DNA of 24,000 bases from an uncultured Verrucomicrobiae bacterium (GTDB lineage Bacteria; Verrucomicrobiota; Verrucomicrobiia; Palsa-1439): NCBI GenBank assembly GCA_963766065.1, contig CAVYAC010000061.1, positions 74,090 through 98,089 on the forward strand, given 5' to 3'. Positions within the stretch are counted from its first letter, which is position 1, and every line of letters starts with the position of its first letter. Below, piece after piece: positions 17,743 to 24,000 of the stretch. Under the pieces are notes generated by a model. That model did not search any database. It saw only the letters and a program-made list of their open reading frames with translations, and was not told the DNA's origin. Position numbers and translations under genes: made by a program.

Positions 17743-18043
17743 GACCACCAATCTGGCCCCGTATTCTGAGCCGCGTGTGATCTGTGGCGTTGCCCGACAG
17801 GAGCCCGAACGCCCCGCGAGGGCGGGGCACCAAAACGAAATACCCCGCCGTAATGCCGTCTAAACGATATCTTTGAACCCCTTACTAATAGGGGGCTCTG
17901 CCGGCTGTTTCATGCTTCCAGTGAAGGCATGCAATCCACAACCGAACACCGAGCTCCGTCAATGACGGTGTTGGCTCAAAGAAGTGTCGTTTGTTACGTA
18001 CATGGCAGGGTATTTCGAAAATCTTGCCTTGGCAAAGAACATC

Positions 18044-18059
18044 GGCGACCACCGTCGCC
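18044..18059 (-). terminator. Possible intrinsic terminator after pheT
   Basis: Minus strand GGCGAC-GGUG-GUCGCC (6-bp GC stem, tetraloop) followed by GAUGUUCUUUG, about 95 nt downstream of the pheT stop. The U tract is weak. Confidence 0.35.
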
Positions 18060-18151
18060 CGCTTGTTTCCCTTGTAACACTTGTCCCGATCGAATTCAAG
18101 AGGATTCCAGTCACTTTTATGGTCGTCGCTTAATTACCCTGCTCATGTACA

Positions 18152-20434
18152 TCAGCTCTCGCGAATCTCACACTTCAACGTCTGCACCAACGAACGTTTC
18201 AACTGTTCATGCGCCCCGTTGACCTCCGCATCCGTCAGTGTCCTGTCGGCCGCGCGGAACGTCAACGAGTACGCCATTGATTTCTTTCCCGTCGCTATCG
18301 AACCCCCGGTATAAATATCAAAAAGCTCGACCTTTTCCAAGACTTTATTTCGACCCGTTTCGATGGCCCCCACGATTTCGGCATGCGACACCGTGTCATT
18401 GACCACTAGGGCCATATCACGCACCACGGCGGGGAACTTGGGCAATTCACGGAAGGTCTTTTCTCGTGTTTGCGACACCAGCAAGGCTCCCAGATCGAGT
18501 TCCGCGACGTACACCGCATCACGCAGGTCGAGTTTCTTGGCTTGAATCGGCGTAATCTGTCGGATCTCGGCGCTGACGGGTGCCCCTACCGCGTCCCCCA
18601 CCTCTTCCATGGCGCCTTTTACGTCATAATAATCCAGCTTGGCTTCCCGCGTGCCTGTCTCCCAGGAATCCGGTACGCGCCGCCCGGTGACTGCCAGCGC
18701 GAGGCACAACGATTCCTTCCCATTCGCCGCAAACACGCGGCCGATTTCAAAAAGCTTCACGTCGTACTCGTGACGCGAGACGTTCGTGCGCAGGTTTGCC
18801 AACAAACCCGGGACGAGCGAGTGACGTAGCGCCTGCTGGTCCGCACTCAACGGATTCTGCAGCTTCAGCTCGCCCTCGCCCACCAGCGTCTGGTTCTGCG
18901 CCTCGTGGAATCCGAGCGCCGTCAACACCTGTCGCACTTTCGCCCGCGCATCCCACTGCTTGTCAAATTCCGAAACGGTCGCAATTGATGGCTGCCGTTT
19001 CGCCGGTATCTTCTCGACGCCGCAAATGCGGCACACTTCCTCGATCAGATCGACCTCGCGCTCCAGATCCACGCGGTACGTTGGCACTTCGACTTCGCAT
19101 GACTGGGCATCCGACGAGAGAATTGCCAGGGAAAGGCCCGTGAAAATCTTCTTCACCGTCTCCGACGGCACGTCGACGCCCAGCAGGCGGTTCACCTGAG
19201 CATACCGGCATCGCACCCGCCGTTTCTCGATCGGTTTCGCAAGCGTGTCGATAATCCCGGTCGCCACCTGTCCGCCGGCCAATTGCTGGATCAACTGCGC
19301 CGCGCGGTTGCTCGCCCAGATGACGCCGTCAATATCCGCGCCGCGCTCGAATCGGTAGCTCGAATCACTCGACAGCCCGCACTGCTTGGAAGTCTTGCGG
19401 ACGTTGGCGGGCAGGAACCAGGCACTCTCCAGCAATACGTCCGTGGTGCCGTCGTGGATCTCACTGTCCTTGCCGCCCATAATGCCCGCCAGCGCCACCG
19501 CGCGGTTCGCATCGGCGATGACCAGCATGTCGCCGGTCAACGCGATCACGCTTCCGTCGATGGCCAGGAATTTTTCGCCCTTCGCCGCGCGGCGCACCAC
19601 GATGCGATGCTCCGCCAACCGATTGTAATCGAACGCATGCAACGGATGACCGCATTCGAGCAACACGTAGTTGGTCACATCCACCACGTTGTTGACTGAC
19701 CGCACGCCGATCCTTTCCAGAAGTTGTTTCAACCACGAGGGACTCGGGCCGATTTTCACGCCACGGATGACGCGCGCCGTGTAACGCGGGCACAGATCGA
19801 GTGATTCAACTTTGACGAAAGTGAGCTTTTCGACCGGGTCCCCCGACTCTTCAACAGCCACCGCAGGAAGCTTCAACAGCTTCCCACTGAGCGCGCTGAT
19901 CTCGCGGGCAATGCCGATGACGCTAAGCCAGTCGGGCCGGTTTGGCGTGACTTCGATGTCAAACACGGTGTCCGTCCCGCCGAGGGCGTCGCTGACCTTG
20001 ATGCCAATCGGTGTGTCGGCGGGCAAAATCAGCAACCCGTCCTCACCCTTCGGTAGGCCCAGCTCTTCTGCCGAGCACATCATGCCTTGCGATTCGACAC
20101 CGCGCAATTTGGCTTCTTTGATCGTCATGCCACTAGGCATCGTCACGCCCGGCAACGCCAACGGCACTTTGTCGCCGACCTTGTAGTTCTTCGCGCCGCA
20201 GACGATCTGGCGTTCGCCGTGGCCGTCAGTGACCCGGCATACTGAAAGCTTGTCCGCGTTTGGATGCTTGTCGCTGGAAAGAACCTGGCAGACGATGACC
20301 TGCTGGAGCACACCGCCCCCAACAGTTGTCATGTCTTCCACCTCAATTCCCGCAAAGGTCAGTTTGTCGGCCAATTCCGCGGGCGACCAATCGACATCGA
20401 CGTACTGCTTGAGCCAGTTGTAGGTGAATCTCAT
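18152..20434 (-). CDS. pheT: Phenylalanine--tRNA ligase beta subunit
   Basis: 760 aa. N-terminus MRFTYNWLKQYV, a tRNA-binding domain (HPNADKLSVCRV), B3/B4 and B5 regions, and a C-terminal FDX-ACB-like domain (KSMAYSLTFRA). Confidence 0.95.
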   Translation of the reverse strand: MRFTYNWLKQYVDVDWSPAELADKLTFAGIEVEDMTTVGGGVLQQVIVCQVLSSDKHPNADKLSVCRVTDGHGERQIVCGAKNYKVGDKVPLALPGVTMPSGMTIKEAKLRGVESQGMMCSAEELGLPKGEDGLLILPADTPIGIKVSDALGGTDTVFDIEVTPNRPDWLSVIGIAREISALSGKLLKLPAVAVEESGDPVEKLTFVKVESLDLCPRYTARVIRGVKIGPSPSWLKQLLERIGVRSVNNVVDVTNYVLLECGHPLHAFDYNRLAEHRIVVRRAAKGEKFLAIDGSVIALTGDMLVIADANRAVALAGIMGGKDSEIHDGTTDVLLESAWFLPANVRKTSKQCGLSSDSSYRFERGADIDGVIWASNRAAQLIQQLAGGQVATGIIDTLAKPIEKRRVRCRYAQVNRLLGVDVPSETVKKIFTGLSLAILSSDAQSCEVEVPTYRVDLEREVDLIEEVCRICGVEKIPAKRQPSIATVSEFDKQWDARAKVRQVLTALGFHEAQNQTLVGEGELKLQNPLSADQQALRHSLVPGLLANLRTNVSRHEYDVKLFEIGRVFAANGKESLCLALAVTGRRVPDSWETGTREAKLDYYDVKGAMEEVGDAVGAPVSAEIRQITPIQAKKLDLRDAVYVAELDLGALLVSQTREKTFRELPKFPAVVRDMALVVNDTVSHAEIVGAIETGRNKVLEKVELFDIYTGGSIATGKKSMAYSLTFRAADRTLTDAEVNGAHEQLKRSLVQTLKCEIRES

Positions 20435-20722
20435 TGGAGTTGCACTCTACCGATTCCCGTGGTAACCCGCAAGCACCTAGCTTGCATGCACTTTGTGCTT
20501 GCAATTCTGCTAAATGCTATTGTACAAAAATCGCCAGTACTCGGAGTTTACGCAGGAGCGGTGATGGCGAGCACCTATCTCTTGGGAAACAGGTTGGCTG
20601 GCTTGATCGACATGACAATGTCGAAGGCTCATGATTTCGTCCATCGTTCGACCCACACGGGTCTGGCGGCTGGTATCTGCGAATTGCGTGAAGCTTCTTG
20701 AGCGTGGGGAGGACGTTTCGTT

Positions 20723-21969
20723 ATGAAGATTAGCGCCCGTTCTTCAGGTTTGGCATTCATCTCTACTCTTACCCTAGCTATCGTGGCGATCAGTTCGACG
20801 GCTCACGCCGTGGGCGTCAGCTTCGATCAGGTCAGTTGGGGTAATGGCAGTGGAGGTTACGAGGATCAGAATTCACAATGGGGAGAGGCAACCGTGAATT
20901 TTTCGCCCGCGGATGCCGGCTCGCTCTCTGCCTTCGGATCCGGGTACATCGGCTTTGTGAACATTGTCACCTCGGTAGGTGGTGGTAGCAACAACAACTG
21001 GGCCGTTCAGAATATGCCCGTGGTCTTCGATCAGGCGAGCGAGCTGGGAAACGAATTGCCGGTGACCTACCAGTTCGACCTCGGCCAGACGGATGGGTTG
21101 ACCGTGAGTAGTTTGAACTATTCCCTTACGCTCTCACCGTTTGAAGTAGGCAGCGAGCCAGGCGGGCCGCTCACGAGCGCGTCCGTGGTGGCCGCAACCG
21201 ACGTCCAGGGAACAACGGCCGCTTCAGGGGCGGAAGGTGACGAAGAGGGGGGTCCGGAACGGATACGGAAGGTGCGGGTGTATCGAGCGCCTCGGCGTTA
21301 ACGGCAGGTCGGGGTGGAATCGCCACCGCAGACAAGAATATCGCCGTCGTTGCCGAACAGGTCAATGGCTGCGCACCCGGCGCGGCGGCGCGGTCCATCA
21401 AGTATCTTCAGAGCATGTACCCTTCGCTCAACGTCACTCAGACCGCGCAGCAGGTGTACGGCACGTTGACCAATTTGATGCAGAGTTGGACCGGGCCGCG
21501 CAGCAGCGGCACGCTACCGGGCAACTTCGTCTCCGGCAAGAACCTGTATTTCACGACGAACAATCTGGCAATCGCGCCCACGGTGGTCACCAACAATTTC
21601 GCCGCGGCGATCAGCGCGCTAAGTTCCACGGGTGACGTGGAATTGGGCGTAAACTGGGGAACCAACGGCGGTGGTCACTGCGTGTTCGTCACCGGTATCA
21701 CCACGCTGTACACCAACGGCGTCCCCTACCGGTACGTCGTGAACGCCATTCAGGATCCCAATCAGGGTGGCAACTCGACCAATAACGAGAGTGTCACCTA
21801 CACCTTCGATACCAGCGGTAACTTCGTGAACCGCAGTGGGGGCGTCAACAGCTTCCGCATCGAGATGGCCACGGTTCCAGAGCCGAGCAGTCTGGCGATG
21901 GGGGCCCTGGGCTTGGGAGCCCTTGGGTTGTCGCTGATCTATCGGCGGCCGAAGCGAAATCGCCCGTAG
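20723..21969 (+). pseudogene. PEP-CTERM-anchored secreted protein with C-terminal Cys/His (papain-like?) domain; frame broken in a G6 run as sequenced
   Basis: Fragment 1 (20723..21301) has GGGGAGGA upstream of the ATG and a signal peptide MKISARSSGLAFISTLTLAIVAISSTAHA. Fragment 2 is open from 21241 with its first ATG at 21415. It ends VPEPSSLAMGALGLGALGLSLIYRRPKRNRP, which is a PEP motif, a TM helix and a basic tail. One extra G at 21247-21252 joins ...AASGAEGDEEGG to SGTDTEGAGVSSASALTAG.... Confidence 0.6.
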
Positions 21970-21988
21970 CCTGTCTGTAAACCAAATT

Positions 21989-22031
21989 AACCACAACTCC
22001 CGAGGCGCCAAGCGCTTCGGGAGTTGTGGTT
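21989..22031. terminator. Bidirectional intrinsic terminator between convergent PEP-CTERM gene and pheS
   Basis: AACCACAACTCCCGAGGCGC-caa-GCGCTTCGGGAGTTGTGGTT forms a 20-bp stem (one G.U on the + transcript) with a 3-nt loop. It is flanked by TTGT on the + strand and by TTAATTTGGTTT on the minus strand. Confidence 0.8.
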
Positions 22032-22057
22032 TGTAGAAATCCCGTGATCAACGTGGG

Positions 22058-23097
22058 CTAAAACTGCTCCAGGAATCTCACGTCATTCTCGGTGAACAGG
22101 CGGATGTCGTTGATAGACCACATGATCATGGCGAGGCGGTCGATGCCGAAGCCGAACGCCCAGCCGGTGTACTCGTCGTCGGGATAGCCGACGGCCTTGA
22201 AGACGTTGGGGTCGACCATGCCGCAGCCGGCAATCTCGATCCATTCCTTCCCGCGGGCGCGGAACTGCGGCGTCGACAAATCAATTTCGAAACTCGGCTC
22301 GGTGTACGGGAAGAAATGCGGTCGGAACCGCACTTCGGTCTCGGGCGACAGCAGTTGTTTGAAGAAGAACTCCACCGTGCCTTTGAGGTCGGCGACGGTC
22401 ACGTTCTTGTCCACGTACAGGCCTTCGATCTGATGGAATGTTGGGCTGTGCGTGGCATCCAGTTCATCGCGGCGGAAGACCCGACCCGGTGCCACGATGC
22501 GGATCGGCGGTTTCTGCTTCAGCATCGTGCGAATCTGCACAGGCGACGTGTGCGTGCGCAGCAAATAGCGGCCGAGCTTTGGGTCGGGCGGCACCGCCTT
22601 GTCGTCGATGTACAGCGTGTCCTGCATGTCGCGCGCGGGATGGTTGGCGGGTGTGTTCAGTGCGTCGAAACAATGCCATTCGTCCTCGATTTCGGGTCCG
22701 TCCTCGACCGCGAATCCCATGCGGCGAAAAATCTCGACCGTGCGCTCGAAAACCTGGGTGAGCGGATGCTGGTGGCCGATGTGGTGGCGCGGCCCGGCAA
22801 TGTCACGTCGATGGCCGGCCCCGAGGACGCGGCTTTCGCTTCCAATTCCTCGCGCTTCGCTTCGATGGCTCCCGTGAGCGCAGTCTTCACCTCGTTGGCC
22901 AGCTTGCCAATGCGCGGCTTCTCGTCTCTGGGAAGTTTGCCCAATTGTTCCAAGGCGGCGGATACGACCCCGCTGCGGCCAAGGTACCGGGCCTTGAGTT
23001 GGTCAAGGGACGGAAGGTCGGCGCAAGCAGCGAGCGCGGCCTCAGCCTCGGCGCGGGCGGACTGAAGTTGTTGTTCCAATTCGGTCATACGATCCAT
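22058..23097 (-). pseudogene. pheS: Phenylalanine--tRNA ligase alpha subunit, frame interrupted by an apparent 1-nt deletion (probably an assembly artefact)
   Basis: The N-terminal fragment from ATG 23097 is good up to IDVTLPGR and then off-frame. The C-terminal fragment (ORF 22058..22720) reads [37 protein letters not shown]. The C-terminal frame read upstream gives [23 protein letters not shown], so one base is missing near 22787-22793. Confidence 0.85.
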
Positions 23098-23101
23098 AAC
23101 C

Positions 23102-24000
23102 CTATGGAATTGTCACAGGATTCGCAAGCCCGCGTTCGCCAGTGGTATCAACCAATCGCATCGAGATATCCGTCGCGCGGAGGAGATCTCTCTCGCTGGG
23201 CGTAAATTCCTCATACTGGTACGGCGCAAACTGCATCGGGTGCGCAAAGCGGAACACGATAACACCCGTGGGAGGGGTTTTCGCGCCATGAATCCGTGCC
23301 AGGTATTGCGCGTTCAAAAGCACGTATCGTGTCGGTTGCCCGGCCACTCCCAAAGGGGCAAATTCATCCTCCATCTTGGGGCAGTCAATCGTGGTCGCTT
23401 CGGAAAATGCCCCGTACTCCGCAGCGACGAGACGTTCAACGTCGCATGGAAACCATTGCTGCAGCGGAACGCGAAAATTCCATGCCGCTTGCAGAATCAA
23501 CAGGATAATTCCCATCTGGAGGATTCGTTTTCCCGCAACCGTGCGGGCCATGTCCCAAAGACGCCCGGCCGTAAACGCCCCAATCAAACAAAGGAACGGA
23601 ACCAATTGACGGGCCGTGCGCCCGTACACAACGAACCTGTGAAGCACCACGCTGCTGAGAATCAGCAATACATACAGGGTGCCAACCATCGCGATCCAGG
23701 TCAATCCGTAGGCGGCCATCGGTCGGCCTGTTCTCGCCGCCCAAAGAATCCATACCAATGCCGCCAGCCAAAAAATCAACAGCCCGTGTTCCGCGTACCA
23801 GAGATACGTCCACGGCGCCGACCATCCTTCCGCGTACATCTGGGGCGGCGTGATTGCGGCAAAGGACACGACTCCCTGCAAGAAAGATCGTCCGAACACC
23901 ACCTCGCGACCGACGGCAAACATCCCGAGCCATGTCACCGCCCCGATTACGAACCACAGCAGCCGATAGCCAGCTTCTCGTACGCTGGCAACCTTCCGTA
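23102..24000 (-). CDS. Polytopic integral membrane protein, 5'-truncated by window edge (function unknown; possibly glycosyltransferase-like)
   Basis: The frame is open from the window edge with no stop upstream of the GTG at 23938 (upstream reads RKVASVREAGYRLLWFVIGAV). There are several hydrophobic helices (LLIFWLAALVWILWAA, IAMVGTLYVLLILSSVVL, MGIILLILQAAW). Stop TAG 23102-23104, 4 nt before the pheS ATG. Confidence 0.65.
   Translation of the reverse strand, partial: RKVASVREAGYRLLWFVIGAVTWLGMFAVGREVVFGRSFLQGVVSFAAITPPQMYAEGWSAPWTYLWYAEHGLLIFWLAALVWILWAARTGRPMAAYGLTWIAMVGTLYVLLILSSVVLHRFVVYGRTARQLVPFLCLIGAFTAGRLWDMARTVAGKRILQMGIILLILQAAWNFRVPLQQWFPCDVERLVAAEYGAFSEATTIDCPKMEDEFAPLGVAGQPTRYVLLNAQYLARIHGAKTPPTGVIVFRFAHPMQFAPYQYEEFTPSERDLLRATDISMRLVDTTGERGLANPVTIP

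Noticed and set aside
21976-21983. TGTAAACC resembling a BirA/bioO operator half-site
   Set aside because: There is no inverted GGTTTACA partner at operator spacing; the nearest similar string is GGTTTGTA, 44 nt away. The site is next to the pheS terminator and far from the bio genes.

Overview
High-GC bacterial chromosomal window. Hand-sampled 60-nt lines in core genes give about 68% GC.

Layout, left to right:
- A + strand block: a short DUF1211/TMEM175-like membrane protein, a DUF2148 Fe-S protein, an HTH + PTS-EIIA(type 2) regulator and an MFS transporter.
- An AT-richer islet of about 1.5 kb (3454-4977) holding a single gene. It encodes an HNH-like Zn ribbon fused to two PD-(D/E)xK nuclease cores.
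- A long minus-strand array of housekeeping genes, many with overlapping stop/start junctions. In coordinate order: an exported Gfo/Idh/MocA oxidoreductase and thiC (both behind a TPP riboswitch with terminator), an IscA/ErpA-type Fe-S carrier, AmmeMemoRadiSam protein B, bioA (disrupted), bioF, a secreted STN-like protein (probably frameshifted), an amidohydrolase, a YmdB-type phosphoesterase, RNase Y, 5-formyl-THF cyclo-ligase, RarA, pheT, pheS (frameshifted), and a 5'-truncated membrane protein at the right edge.
- pheS and pheT are separated by a + strand PEP-CTERM surface-protein gene, itself broken in a G6 run.

The PEP-CTERM signal, the HTH-EIIA fusion and the STN-like domain suggest a Verrucomicrobiota/PVC-like organism; this is inference only. 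I recognised no rRNA, tRNA, CRISPR array, transposase or integrase.

The best candidate for something new is the orphan triple-nuclease islet. Secondary leads are the riboswitch-controlled thiC + exported oxidoreductase pair, the interrupted pheS/pheT pair with a Cys/His-domain PEP-CTERM protein, and a structured leader of about 300 nt upstream of rarA/MTHFS.

Five single-base lesions sit in otherwise conserved genes, including essential pheS. The assembly may therefore carry indel errors.
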